From Pseudomonadota bacterium (GTDB taxonomy: Bacteria > Desulfobacterota > Binatia > Binatales > Binataceae), in the NCBI GenBank assembly GCA_021324855.1, contig JAJPIG010000011.1, forward strand, positions 130,877-194,876: a stretch of DNA of 64,000 bases, in the 5' to 3' direction. The stretch's first letter is position 1. The number at the start of each line of letters is the position of its first letter. This document shows, piece after piece, positions 1-10,698 of the stretch. The notes under the pieces were generated by a model. That model searched no databases, was not told the DNA's origin, and saw only the letters and a list, made by a program, of their open reading frames with translations. The position numbers and the translations under genes are program-made.

Positions 1-854
1 CGCGTTGCGAGGCGGAAAAGATCGCTGTTCGGATCGCCGAGCGCGGAGCCGACCTCGAAGTGATTCAGGCCGCGCAGCAAGACTAAATCGAAAAGCCGGC
101 CGAGCGGCTTGAGCATCGCGGCGAAATCCCGCGCCTGGCGCTGGAACTCGTGCGTCTCCTTCTCCCCGTACGCGATCGCGACCGGACACGGCAGACGATC
201 GAGATGGCGCGCCGGGCTCAGCTCCGCCTCTTCTTCCTTCGAGATCTTTACGTAGCTGCTACGCGCGCTGAGCATCACGGGCTCGAGATCGTACATCCCG
301 CTGACGCACAGCCCGCCCTTGATGATCGTGTTCGGCAAGTCGTGCATCCGCGGCCAATCGGTCACCAGCACATTGGCGGTCAGATGACCGCCTGAAGAGC
401 ATCCTGCAACGTAGAGCCGCTCGGGATCGCCGCCAAGTTCGCGCGCGTTGCGGTAGACCCACGCGACGCCGCGCCGCACCTGCGCGACCATGTCGGGCAA
501 TCGCACCTTCGGGATGTTCGCGAAATTGAGGACGACGAAGTTCGCGCCCGCCGCAACGAACGCGGGCGCGGCGTAGCTCGAATCCTCCTTGCTGAGATTC
601 CGCCACGCACCGCCGTGGATGAACACGAGGATCGGCGCGCCCGGACTGGCGGCCGGAAACAGGTCGAGGGTCTCATCTTCGGTCGGTCCGTACGCGAGGC
701 TTGCGCGATGTTTGAGACGCGCGCGGGCCGCGGCGCTGCCGGTGGTCCATTGCTTGATGACCTCGTCGGCATTCGGCGCCCATGCGCGCTGATCGTAATT
801 GCGATCGAGTTCCGCCTGATCGTAATTGAGATAGACCTTCGGTCCGTCGCCCAT
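1..854 (-). CDS. alpha/beta-hydrolase fold esterase/lipase-like protein; 3' end (C-terminus) runs off the window start
   Basis: Hand translation of the minus strand from an ATG near 854: MGDGPKVYLNYDQAELDRNYDQRAWAPN...ILVFIHGGAWRNLSKEDS...LYVAGCSSGGHL. Contains an HGGAW oxyanion motif and a GCSSG nucleophile elbow (GxSxG). Not in the ORF track because no stop occurs before the window edge. Arg-rich track ORFs 380..883 and 673..912 are wrong-frame shadows of this gene. Confidence 0.55.
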   Translation of the reverse strand, partial: MGDGPKVYLNYDQAELDRNYDQRAWAPNADEVIKQWTTGSAAARARLKHRASLAYGPTEDETLDLFPAASPGAPILVFIHGGAWRNLSKEDSSYAAPAFVAAGANFVVLNFANIPKVRLPDMVAQVRRGVAWVYRNARELGGDPERLYVAGCSSGGHLTANVLVTDWPRMHDLPNTIIKGGLCVSGMYDLEPVMLSARSSYVKISKEEEAELSPARHLDRLPCPVAIAYGEKETHEFQRQARDFAAMLKPLGRLFDLVLLRGLNHFEVGSALGDPNSDLFRLAT

Positions 855-908
855 GATGCTTCCTTGAATTTTCTTCTAGCCAACCGCGGCGCGATTCCGC
901 AACCGCGA

Positions 909-1247
909 TCACGATACGAAGCCGAGCTCCTTCAGCCGCTCGCGCGCCTCATCGGCGCGGTCCGCGTGCACCATCAGGCGCGTCGGCACCGCGGCGGTCG
1001 AGCCGAGCATCCGCGACGACTCGTCGTCGAAGACGAAGTTCTCGATTCCGGCCTCGGTCAGAAAATCGCGCGCGATGCTGACCTGAAACGAATCCATGCC
1101 GGCGAAAACCTCGACCAGCTCTGCGGGATCGAATCGATTATCGGCCACGTTCTGCCTCGCGGGATCGCGATTGATCGCAATCGGCAATGGCTGGATGGAA
1201 AGAAGCGATGCCGCGGACCCGGCGATAGAGCGCAAACGCGATCGCAA
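909..1247 (-). CDS. small DUF2007-like protein (putative signal-transducing protein family); true start probably internal
   Basis: C-terminal ~70 aa (FAGMDSFQVSIARDFLTEAGIENFVFDD...RLMVHADRADEARERLKELGF) resembles the DUF2007 pattern. The listed N-terminus would overlap dedA. Confidence 0.35.
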   Translation of the reverse strand: MRSRLRSIAGSAASLLSIQPLPIAINRDPARQNVADNRFDPAELVEVFAGMDSFQVSIARDFLTEAGIENFVFDDESSRMLGSTAAVPTRLMVHADRADEARERLKELGFVS

Positions 1248-1812
1248 TCGCGATCAAAACCGCGACCAAATTGTCGAAGCGGCGGAAATAAGGTCCGATC
1301 GATTCCCAGTGCTCGCCCAGCTTCATGCCGATCCACGCCAGCATCAGGCACCAGAGATATGAACCGGCGAGTGTGTAAACGCTGAAGGGCGTCAGGCGCA
1401 TCCGTGATACCCCGGCTGGAAACGCGATGAAGGTGCGCACCACCGGCAGCAAGCGTCCGATGAACACCGCGGCGCGGCCGAAGCGATCGAAAAAGCGATC
1501 GGCGATCGCGAGTTCGTGCGGAGTGATTAGGACGTAGCGGCCCCATCGCTCGAGCGCCCAGCGTCCGCCGCTCGCGCCGACCGTGTAGGCGGCGTACGAA
1601 CCGAGCAGGCATCCAAGCGCCCCGGCAATCGCGACCAATTGCAGGTTGAAGCGGCCGGTCGCGACCAGGTAGCCCGAAAACGGCATGATCACTTCGGACG
1701 GCAATGGGATGCACGCGCTTTCGATCGCCATCATCAGGATGACGCCGGCGTAGCCGAGCGCCGCGATAGTCGCGATCACGAACGCCGAGAGCACAGCCAG
1801 CATTTTGTACAT
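1138..1812 (-). CDS. DedA/TVP38 family membrane protein
   Basis: Multi-TM protein with the DedA signature region (FIGRLLPVVRTFIAFPAGVSRMRL, GRYVLITPHELA). Confidence 0.7.
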   Translation of the reverse strand: MYKMLAVLSAFVIATIAALGYAGVILMMAIESACIPLPSEVIMPFSGYLVATGRFNLQLVAIAGALGCLLGSYAAYTVGASGGRWALERWGRYVLITPHELAIADRFFDRFGRAAVFIGRLLPVVRTFIAFPAGVSRMRLTPFSVYTLAGSYLWCLMLAWIGMKLGEHWESIGPYFRRFDNLVAVLIAIAIAFALYRRVRGIASFHPAIADCDQSRSREAERGR

Positions 1813-1911
1813 CGACGGCTTCAGTCCCCCGAATAGGGACAGGCTGCCATGCGCCGCCTTCGGAAGCGAGCGTCAGGCGATGATCGAGCGCGCGATGTTG
1901 AGGCGCGGGGA

Positions 1912-2088
1912 TTAGGCCGGAGCCGGCGCTTTGGGCGTTGATGGGATAGCCTGGACGCTTCCGCGCTCCAGACGCTCCAGGTAGCGGGTCAGGATTTTTG
2001 CCTTCAGCGCCTCGATTGGCTCGCGCGGAAGATTCGCGACCCTCTTGGGCGCGAACAGTGACGGCGAAATCTTGATATCGCTGTCGTT
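1912..2088 (-). CDS. hypothetical 58-aa protein immediately downstream of, and co-oriented with, the metallophosphoesterase
   Basis: Hand-found ORF MNDSDIKISPSLFAPKRVANLPREPIEALKAKILTRYLERLERGSVQAIPSTPKAPAPA. A GGAG lies ~8 nt upstream of the ATG. Below the track's 60-aa cutoff. Confidence 0.3.
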   Translation of the reverse strand, partial: NDSDIKISPSLFAPKRVANLPREPIEALKAKILTRYLERLERGSVQAIPSTPKAPAPA

Positions 2089-2105
2089 CATCCCGGCTCA
2101 CTCCG

Positions 2106-4559
2106 TTATTCGAGCATACGCTGCTGAATTGCGTCGAAGCAAGCTCCTGCCACCGCCGAGCGAAACTCCTCGAATTTGATGGCGAGCTTCTCCTCCGTCA
2201 GTTCCATCAGTTTCGATGCGCGACGTTTCGAGCCGATCGAGAGCACCGCGTAGACCGCATCGGGCTCATCGGGATGGCTCAGGGGAAGCGAAAGGATGAC
2301 TTCGTCTGAAATCTCGGAACCACTCTCGGAGACCACGCCGCCGTCGATCGGCACGAAGTAGAACGGGGCGCTCTCCAGCAGCGCGCGCTGCTTGATGAAC
2401 AGACGGCTGCGGCGGCTCTTGAACGCCCGCCCGGCGATACCCGCGCCGTACTTCAACCTGAGCCGCCAGCGCGGATCGTCGGCGACGAACGTGGCTGCGA
2501 CGATTCGCAACTCGCGCGCCTTCGCGTCGTAGGCCATCAGATCCAGATCGAGCGGATCTTCGGTGCGATCGGCAAGCCCGAAATGTTCGCGTGCGATCTC
2601 CTCAAGGGTGACCAACAGCGCGCGCATCGGATCGTCCGCGGAGGTCGGCGTCGCGAGGCCGAGGAGCCATTGCGACATATCGTGTACTGCGCCAACCAGC
2701 GCCGCGTTGGCACCAATTCTCGGCTCCGGCGCAAGCCGCCATCGCACCTGGTATCGCAGGCCGAGCGGAGGATGCGGGATGCGCAGAAAAAGCACGTTAA
2801 TTTCGCGGCTGTAGAAAAGATTCTGCCGCAACCGATCGGCGACGGCCGAGGCGGGCTGTCCGGAAACCGCGTGGGTTATCAGCAGTTCTGGTTGGCCGTC
2901 GATTACGAAACCCTGCGGGAAATTCACGATTACCACCAGCTCGGCATAGGGACAATGCTGCAGGGTAACCATCGCGGATTCGATCGGCGCGCCGGCGTCA
3001 CCGTACATCTCGCGGTACTGCTCCTGCGACATCGCGTAAGCGTTGATTCCCCAATAGCCCCAAGTGTAGTTGACGGGCGGATCTTCGAACGTGAGTTGCC
3101 GTCCGAAATCGATCGTGGCCGACTGCGACCCCGGCTTGGGATCGGGGTCGCGCTGCAACTGGAGCCCCGCGGTCCATCCGAGAGGCAGCGGATGGGCGTC
3201 GAAGCGTTCGACGCGCCCAACCAGCGATCCGGCGTTCACCTTGTACGGCAGCTTGTCGAGCGGCTGGGCGCCCTTGCCGATCTTGAAGCCCCAGATCTCG
3301 TAAACATGACGCGCGTCGCCGTCCTCATTGATGTTGATCAGCGACATCAGCGTGCCGCCGCTGAAGCCGCGCTGGTCAGCCGCCTCGATGAACTTGCGGC
3401 GTGCGGAAACCTCAGGCTCCTGCGCCCAGAATGCCTGTCCGGGCCGGAAAGTGCCGCCATCCGCGATGTAGGGCAGGACACGTGCGTTGCCGTCGGCTTC
3501 GATCGTCAGCAGATTGAAATTGAAGCCGAAGCGTCCGGGGCGTCGACCGGCGGTCGCGGTGCCCGCGGCCAGTACGCTCGCCTCGAACTGCTCGTTCATC
3601 CCGGCATTGATCGTGACGCGTGAAAAATGATGGTGATGCTTATGGCCGTGCAGCACCAACGGTATCCGCTGATTGCTGATCTCGCTCAGGAACGCACCCG
3701 CATCTTCCATGATCATCAGCGGTTCCTGGCTGGTGTCGTAAGGGATCGGCAGCGGATGATGGTGCAGCAGCGCAATTCGATAGCGCGGCTCGGGCGGCGG
3801 TTCATTCGGTTTGGAGCCGTCGAGGGTGCGCCATTCGGGCGGCTCCTGCGCCTTTACGAATTCCGCCGGACCGATCTCGCCGCGTGCATACTTGCGACCG
3901 CGCGACGAGGAATCGAACGGATAGATGGCGAGCCGAAGATCGGTCCAATGCGTCGGCCGAATCAGCAGATAACTTTTGAACGTTTTTGTGAAATCGCCGA
4001 AACAAGCCACTCGTGCAACCAACGCCGTAATGACAGCCGCGGCCACCGGATAAACTGCCCAGCCCCAGCCCAGGTTCGTGAACAACCGCAGGGCCGCGTA
4101 CAAAACGGCGCAGATGACGAGGCCGATAAGCGGGACCAGCCATTTGAGCCATCGGATCGGGCAGATGCCGAGCACGCGGACATCATGGTTGCCGGTCACG
4201 AGCAGCAGATTGTTGATCGGCGCGCCCGCCTGAGTTTTGGCCGATTCGCGGGCCAGCATCTCAAGGGCCTTGAGGGCGCGCTTGAGCGTCCAGCGAAAGG
4301 GGCTGTTGACGAGATCGCCCGTGACGATAATCAGATGCGGAGCGTGCTCGCGGACGATGCGGCGGAGATTGTTCCACAGCGGGCCGTTGAAGCCACGGCC
4401 GAAGTGAAGATCGGAAAGATGGGCGATGCGGATCGTGGAATCGTTGGGCGCGGATGCGGGCGCCGCGCCGGGAGCCAGTGGCGCAGGTTCGCCGGCGGCG
4501 GGAGGTTTCCCTCCGGGAGCGGGCTCGACCGGCGTCGCTTGCTCGATCGCGGCAGCCAT
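2106..4559 (-). CDS. membrane-inserted calcineurin-like metallophosphoesterase with a long C-terminal extension (GAF-like region)
   Basis: MPE motifs LSDLHFG, GDLVN, GNHD, HHHPL and HGHKHHHH are split by predicted TM helices (WLKWLVPLIGLVICAVLYAALRLF, VYPVAAAVITALVARVACF). The C-terminal ~450 aa include a GAF-like GIAGRAF segment. Confidence 0.7.
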   Translation of the reverse strand: MAAAIEQATPVEPAPGGKPPAAGEPAPLAPGAAPASAPNDSTIRIAHLSDLHFGRGFNGPLWNNLRRIVREHAPHLIIVTGDLVNSPFRWTLKRALKALEMLARESAKTQAGAPINNLLLVTGNHDVRVLGICPIRWLKWLVPLIGLVICAVLYAALRLFTNLGWGWAVYPVAAAVITALVARVACFGDFTKTFKSYLLIRPTHWTDLRLAIYPFDSSSRGRKYARGEIGPAEFVKAQEPPEWRTLDGSKPNEPPPEPRYRIALLHHHPLPIPYDTSQEPLMIMEDAGAFLSEISNQRIPLVLHGHKHHHHFSRVTINAGMNEQFEASVLAAGTATAGRRPGRFGFNFNLLTIEADGNARVLPYIADGGTFRPGQAFWAQEPEVSARRKFIEAADQRGFSGGTLMSLININEDGDARHVYEIWGFKIGKGAQPLDKLPYKVNAGSLVGRVERFDAHPLPLGWTAGLQLQRDPDPKPGSQSATIDFGRQLTFEDPPVNYTWGYWGINAYAMSQEQYREMYGDAGAPIESAMVTLQHCPYAELVVIVNFPQGFVIDGQPELLITHAVSGQPASAVADRLRQNLFYSREINVLFLRIPHPPLGLRYQVRWRLAPEPRIGANAALVGAVHDMSQWLLGLATPTSADDPMRALLVTLEEIAREHFGLADRTEDPLDLDLMAYDAKARELRIVAATFVADDPRWRLRLKYGAGIAGRAFKSRRSRLFIKQRALLESAPFYFVPIDGGVVSESGSEISDEVILSLPLSHPDEPDAVYAVLSIGSKRRASKLMELTEEKLAIKFEEFRSAVAGACFDAIQQRMLE

Positions 4560-4689
4560 CAGCTCGGCAAGTTAGCGAGAGAGATGACAGTTTGTCTATC
4601 GGCCGGAGACGCTTCACCCGCGTGTCGCTTCACGGTATGTTGATGGTCATCACCGAGGGGGCCCAGTTTCGTTTGAACGCGCGCAAGCT

Positions 4690-5203
4690 TTGCACCCGCA
4701 GGCGATCGACGCTCGCGATTGGCTGGGCTGGGGGACCGGCCGCTGCGAGGTGCCTGATGACTGCTCAACGGGGGGCGCGATTTTGAAGCCAGCTAGGTTT
4801 GTCGATTTGTTCTGCGGCATCGGCGGAATGCGTTTGGCCTTCGAAAGCGTAGGGTGCCGCTGCGTCTTTTCCTCTGACTGGGATGTCCACGCACAGAAAA
4901 CCTACTTCGCAAACTTCGGTGAGGTGCCGGCCGGTGATATTAGGCAGATCGCTTCGTCGCAGATTCCAGAGCACGAAATTTTGACCGCCGGATTTCCATG
5001 CCAGCCGTTCTCAATATCGGGTGTTTCAAAAAAGAAGAGCTTGGGCCGCGCACACGGGTTCCGCGATCGAATTCAAGGGCCTCTTTTTTTTTGAGGTTGC
5101 CCGGATCATTCGTGAAAAGAAGCCGCGAATTTGTCCAAGGGAGGGACGAGCACGATGCCTATCGCGACTAGGCGGAAGGCCGCCAAACCCAAGGTTCCAG
5201 TGA
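4690..5203 (+). pseudogene. DNA cytosine-5 methyltransferase (Dcm-type) remnant, frameshifted at a T9 homopolymer and truncated
   Basis: Track ORF 4690..5094 carries motif I (DLFCGIGG) and motif IV (GFPCQPFS). The continuation GPLFFEVARIIREKKPRI (5021..5203) lies in another frame across a T9 run (~5084-5092). No ENV or TRD/motif IX-X follows. Confidence 0.6.
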
Positions 5204-5415
5204 CGCCGGATGACTTCGAGAACACCGAGAAGTTTCAGGAGCATCTCGCCAAGCTCTCGGAGGGATGGGCCAGTGTCATTCGATGCTACAGCTGCAAACA
5301 GGTGGTCATGATTGTGATCAAAGATTTCACGGACATCGTCGGCGACTACAACGAATGGGACAGCGACTCCAAAGCCGTCTGGTGCGCCCGCTGCAAGCCG
5401 CAGGAAATCCTGTAA
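5131..5415 (+). CDS. small hypothetical protein with a CxxC...CxxC zinc-ribbon-like pattern (likely start ATG ~5155 after GGAGGG)
   Basis: CYSCK...CARCK cysteine pairs. RBS-like GGAGGG sits upstream of the ATG encoding MPIATRRK. Lower-GC segment. Confidence 0.35.
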   Translation: MSKGGTSTMPIATRRKAAKPKVPVTPDDFENTEKFQEHLAKLSEGWASVIRCYSCKQVVMIVIKDFTDIVGDYNEWDSDSKAVWCARCKPQEIL

Positions 5416-5481
5416 GCGAAGAGAAGCGAACCGGAACCGTCGACGTCGCGCCTTGCTAGGCTACGCGGAGGGGCGAGTAAG

Positions 5482-5718
5482 TTGGCTATTGTCAGGGAAC
5501 TGAAAATGCGAGTTTTAGAGTCGGACTCGCGACATACTGAGGCAGACGGCACTTATTCTATCGTCCACCGCTCAGACGGCAGCAAAGTTCTGCAGATCGA
5601 TACCTACGGCTCAAAACACCGCCGCCTTCCTGGCAAAGTGAGTCAATCGATCCGATTCTCGCCTGAAGCGCTCGAACAATTGAAAAAGATCCTCATGGAA
5701 AATTTCGGCGGCTCCTGA
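5482..5718 (+). CDS. hypothetical 78-aa protein in a lower-GC segment
   Basis: ORF only. No recognisable motif. Local GC is lower than the flanks. Confidence 0.25.
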   Translation: MAIVRELKMRVLESDSRHTEADGTYSIVHRSDGSKVLQIDTYGSKHRRLPGKVSQSIRFSPEALEQLKKILMENFGGS

Positions 5719-5835
5719 ACACAACGGTTCTCCGATTTTCCGGCCTGCGGCCGACCCGTAAAGCTGGGCTTTGCCATCCTGCGCTTCTCCGCCATACGGC
5801 TTCACGCTATAAGTTAATCAACAAAATCGAGGGGC

Positions 5836-7227
<1,392 letters not shown>

Positions 7228-7238
7228 CGGCGACGGCG

Positions 7239-8192
7239 CTAGCCGATCACAAAACGCGTGCCGACGCTGTTTTGCACGAACGCGTCCGGGAATTCGCGCG
7301 CGATCGCGTGAGTCGCTTTCCATCCGGTGCAGTGCGCCGGCACGACCATCGCCGGACCGATGTCCTTGAGCGCCTCAATTGTCGGCGCGATGATCGGCTC
7401 GAAGATCGGGCCCGAGAGATGGAACCCGCCGATGATCGCGTGAATCCGGCGCACTCCCGTCAGTTCCTGGGCATAGCGGATTGTGTTGATCGCGCCCGCG
7501 TGACCGCATCCGGTGAGCACTACGAGTCCCTTGTCGCGAACGTTTACGACCAGCGCCTGATCGTCGTGGATTAGCGGGTCGCGCTGCCATTCCTTTCCGA
7601 TTTTCGCCCAATGGGTCGGAAAGCCGGTTTCAAACGGCGTCGAGCGATGAATCTGCCCGGTAATCAGAACTGAGTTGCCGAGCAGGTACGACGGGCCGCG
7701 TTCCTCGATCAACTCGATTCCGTCGTGGCGCAGGACGCGCTTGTCGGGCGGCGGCAGCGCCATCTCGTGACCGTCCGGGAAGACTACCTTCCGCTGCAGC
7801 ATCGCATCGGGATGGATCAACAGTGGCATCTTTTGGTGGCCCATCCGGCGAAGCATCCCGGCAAGGCCGTTCGTATGGTCGAGATGACCGTGGCTCAGCG
7901 CGATTGCATGAAGTTCGTTGGGCTTGATTTCCAGCACGTCGAGGTTGTGCATCAGGCCGTCGCGGCTGAGCCCGGCATCGAACAGGATCGCCTCGCCGGT
8001 GTTGCCGGAAAAGACGCGCACGATGGCTGAGAAGCCATGTTCGGCGCGCAGCACCTTCTCGCCGAGCCGTTTGCCGCGCGGGAATCGCTGAACGGTCTGA
8101 TTACCCGGAAGGAGCATGTCGGCGGTATTGTCGAGAACCGTGGTTATTTCGAGTCTATCGACTTCTTTGAGTTTTATAACATCGTTATTCAC
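7239..8192 (-). CDS. MBL-fold metallo-hydrolase
   Basis: HxHxDH motif (SHGHLDHTNG) plus downstream His/Asp ligands. Confidence 0.75.
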   Translation of the reverse strand: MNNDVIKLKEVDRLEITTVLDNTADMLLPGNQTVQRFPRGKRLGEKVLRAEHGFSAIVRVFSGNTGEAILFDAGLSRDGLMHNLDVLEIKPNELHAIALSHGHLDHTNGLAGMLRRMGHQKMPLLIHPDAMLQRKVVFPDGHEMALPPPDKRVLRHDGIELIEERGPSYLLGNSVLITGQIHRSTPFETGFPTHWAKIGKEWQRDPLIHDDQALVVNVRDKGLVVLTGCGHAGAINTIRYAQELTGVRRIHAIIGGFHLSGPIFEPIIAPTIEALKDIGPAMVVPAHCTGWKATHAIAREFPDAFVQNSVGTRFVIG

Positions 8193-8406
8193 TTTGTCCT
8201 CCGTTCTCCACCGTCCGCACCCCGTATCACCGGCCTGTTACGCGACGTAATCAGAACGACACGGTTTCAGCTTAGACCTACTTTATTATGTCTTTACCAC
8301 CTTGATCATGCTTGACATTTTGTACGTAAAGTTAGATGGTGAAAACAGGGCGGAGGATGGATAGAGGGCTTTGGCAGAAGCATTGCCTACTTAAAATCTC
8401 GCGTAT

Positions 8407-8655
8407 ATGGCACAAACCATGGCTTCTGAAGACGAAATATTCACCATCAAGGAACTCTCCGAACATCTGCGCGTCCATCCGACAACCATCTATCGCCTCC
8501 TGAGACAGGGTCGATTGCCCGGCTTTCGCGTCGGCAGCAACTGGCGCTTCAGCCGCGAAGCGATCGAGCAATGGGAGCGCGATCAAGCCGGTCGATCGTC
8601 GGGCGTCTCGCGGCGCGGACAGCATAAAAAAGCGCGCGCGGCGGCTCCGAATTGA
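8407..8655 (+). CDS. excisionase-family helix-turn-helix DNA-binding protein
   Basis: IKELSEHLRVHPTTIYRLLRQGRLPGFRVGSNWRFSREAIEQW matches the excisionase/MerR-like HTH (TIGR01764-type) pattern. Confidence 0.7.
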   Translation: MAQTMASEDEIFTIKELSEHLRVHPTTIYRLLRQGRLPGFRVGSNWRFSREAIEQWERDQAGRSSGVSRRGQHKKARAAAPN

Positions 8656-8663
8656 TTCCGTTC
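8649..8663. repeat. direct repeat GAATTGATTCC[G/C]TTC, copy 1 (overlaps stop codon of the HTH gene)
   Basis: Seen in sequence. Second copy at ~10699..10713. A 10-mer GAATTGATTC also occurs at ~39191. Confidence 0.3.
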
Positions 8664-8884
8664 CTCTCTTGCGCTCGTAGTCTAGCACGATCTGATTGAT
8701 TCGTTTCTTTGATGCACTTTCAGGCAGCCTGCGCTGAACGTCGCATCTGAATCTTCACCCGCTCGGCGTCGTCAACTGATGCACGCATCGCGACAGTTCG
8801 ATTCGCGATACTTGCGCGATTCCGACCCGCGATGCTAACCCGGAAGTTGGATTCGATGCATCTGCCGTAAGAGGAGGCATCCCG

Positions 8885-9529
8885 ATGGCCGACATACCGA
8901 AGTGGCGTGTCGCGGGGGATTGGTTCGATGTCTGTAGTTGCGACATCCCGTGCCCGTGCGAGTTCGCTCAGCCGCCCACCAATGACCGATGCTTCGGCGT
9001 GCTCGCCTATCATGTTCGCGAAGGCCGCTTCGGCGATGTCGCGCTGAACGGTCTCAACCTGGTTCTGGTCGCCTCATTCAGCGGCAATCTATGGGCGGGG
9101 AAGGCGCGCGACCTGCGGATGGGTCTGTTCCTCGATGCGCGCGCGAATGATCGGCAGCGCGATGCGCTCGGGATGATCTTCGGCGGACAGGCGGGCGGCT
9201 TCCCGGCGTGGCTCAACGGGGTCACCGGGCATGCGCAGATGCTCGGTATGGAAGTCGCGCCAATCAAGTTCGAAGTCGCCGCCGATCTCACCAGTTGGAG
9301 CGCCGAGATCGCGGGCAAGGTGAATGCAGCCGCGCGCGCCCTTGGCGGACCGACCACGCCCAAGGGCAAGCTAGTGCAGACGCTCAATCCGCCGGGCTCC
9401 GAGACCGGCGGCGCGGTCGCGACCTGGGGTGACACGACAGCGAACCGCGTCGACGCGATGGGCCTCAAGTGGGACATTACCGGCAAATCGAGCAAGCACA
9501 TCCCCTTCGATTGGTCCGGCCCGGGCTGA
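8885..9529 (+). CDS. DUF1326 domain protein
   Basis: N-terminal WF.VCSCDIPCPCEF cysteine cluster typical of DUF1326. RBS GAGGAGG upstream. Confidence 0.65.
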   Translation: MADIPKWRVAGDWFDVCSCDIPCPCEFAQPPTNDRCFGVLAYHVREGRFGDVALNGLNLVLVASFSGNLWAGKARDLRMGLFLDARANDRQRDALGMIFGGQAGGFPAWLNGVTGHAQMLGMEVAPIKFEVAADLTSWSAEIAGKVNAAARALGGPTTPKGKLVQTLNPPGSETGGAVATWGDTTANRVDAMGLKWDITGKSSKHIPFDWSGPG

Positions 9530-9715
9530 TCGCGCGGAAACGTTTTTCGGAAACCTTTAGACCGTCGCGTCCCGCTCGCACTTCCATCGGGTTTCACCCG
9601 GGCGCTGCGAGCTTTTCAGAGCATGCCGAGCCGCGGATGAAGGCTCTTCCGCTCCTGACGAACTACTTTTTGCACGATCCCGGCGCAATTACACTTGGTG
9701 TCAAACTCAAAGGTC

Positions 9716-10537
9716 TTACCTCCCAAACGGTGCCCAGATTGTTCCCCGCTTCGGCGAGAGAAATTCGTCGATGGGCGTGTCTCTCTTCTCGACCACCGCC
9801 ACGAACGGATACAGATGTACCGACCGCACGGCCGATTGAAACGCAGTCGCCGTGCAGACCAGCCGTCGATCCTGGTTGTCGAAATTCCGTTCCCATCGCT
9901 GGCTCGCATTTAGATTACTCGCGAATCCGTAGATATATGCTGCGAATCTGTTGTGGGCGAAGTGGAGATCCTCGCATAGATAGACGCCGCCTGCCCGCAA
10001 GTGTGGAAGCAGTTCCTCGAATGTGGCTATCTGCTGTTCGCTCTGATGCCCCCCATCGTCGATGACGATATCGAGCTCTGGTACATCCTTTTTGAACTGT
10101 CTCCAAAACCCGCGGTCGGCCTGATCACCAATGAAAACCTTGATTGAACCGTCCTCGTAGGCCTTGCAGGCCGGTTCGATGTCGACGCCGTAGATCCTGG
10201 CTTTTGGACCGAAATACTCCCTCCACATTTCGAGACTGCCGCCGCTGTAAATCCCGATTTCAAGGATATGAACTTCCCTTCCCCGAAATCGGCTGAAGTG
10301 CCTGTCATAAATGTCGAAGTAGTGTTTCCACTTCCAGATTCCATGCCCTTCCTTACGGGCCTCGAAAAACTTCTCCAGATCGCTCTGCTCGGCTTGTGGC
10401 CCTTTCGTCCCTGAACGGCAGGGCCAGAGCTTTGAACGGCGCCAGTTCGAATAGCCGCGCCGGAACGAATTCATCTGTGGCACGGCCGACGCGAGCCGCC
10501 TAAAGGGTCTTGTCACCTTTCTAAACATCAATTGCAC
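9716..10537 (-). CDS. class I SAM-dependent methyltransferase (CmcI/TylF-like fold)
   Basis: Gly-rich motif I (ILEIGIYSGGSLEMW), acidic motif (IVIDDGGH), WKWKHYFDIYDRHF N-terminal segment. Confidence 0.6.
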   Translation of the reverse strand: MQLMFRKVTRPFRRLASAVPQMNSFRRGYSNWRRSKLWPCRSGTKGPQAEQSDLEKFFEARKEGHGIWKWKHYFDIYDRHFSRFRGREVHILEIGIYSGGSLEMWREYFGPKARIYGVDIEPACKAYEDGSIKVFIGDQADRGFWRQFKKDVPELDIVIDDGGHQSEQQIATFEELLPHLRAGGVYLCEDLHFAHNRFAAYIYGFASNLNASQRWERNFDNQDRRLVCTATAFQSAVRSVHLYPFVAVVEKRDTPIDEFLSPKRGTIWAPFGR

Positions 10538-10698
10538 CGAAGAAAATCTCGCGCCTCGAAGCTCCGGGGCGCGGCCGTAAGGATCGCATGAGGTTCTCGC
10601 CGAGTGTCTAAAAAAAACGGTGGCGGGTGCGAAACATTTGCTAACATGGGTACTTTCAAGATCATTTCTGGCGTACGCGCGCTAAGCGCAATGGCGCA

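Noticed and set aside
380-912. Arg-rich track ORFs 380..883(-), 259..606(-), 673..912(-), 615..1385(+)
   Set aside because: Wrong-frame or antisense shadows of the real alpha/beta-hydrolase gene on the minus strand (1..854). Their compositions (Arg/Ala/Ser runs) are typical of GC-rich shadow frames.
1058-2101. 347-aa minus-strand ORF overlapping dedA
   Set aside because: Arg/Pro/Gly-rich low-complexity translation with no motifs. It overlaps the well-supported DedA gene in another frame.
2583-4643. Large plus-strand ORFs (2583..3623, 3627..4643) antisense to the metallophosphoesterase
   Set aside because: Shadow ORFs, expected in ~65% GC DNA. The minus-strand product has clear MPE motifs.
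5084-5092. T9 homopolymer as a phase-variation switch for a functional methyltransferase
   Set aside because: Even with the frame corrected, the ORF lacks the ENV motif, TRD and motifs IX-X and terminates within ~40 codons. The gene is dead regardless of tract length.
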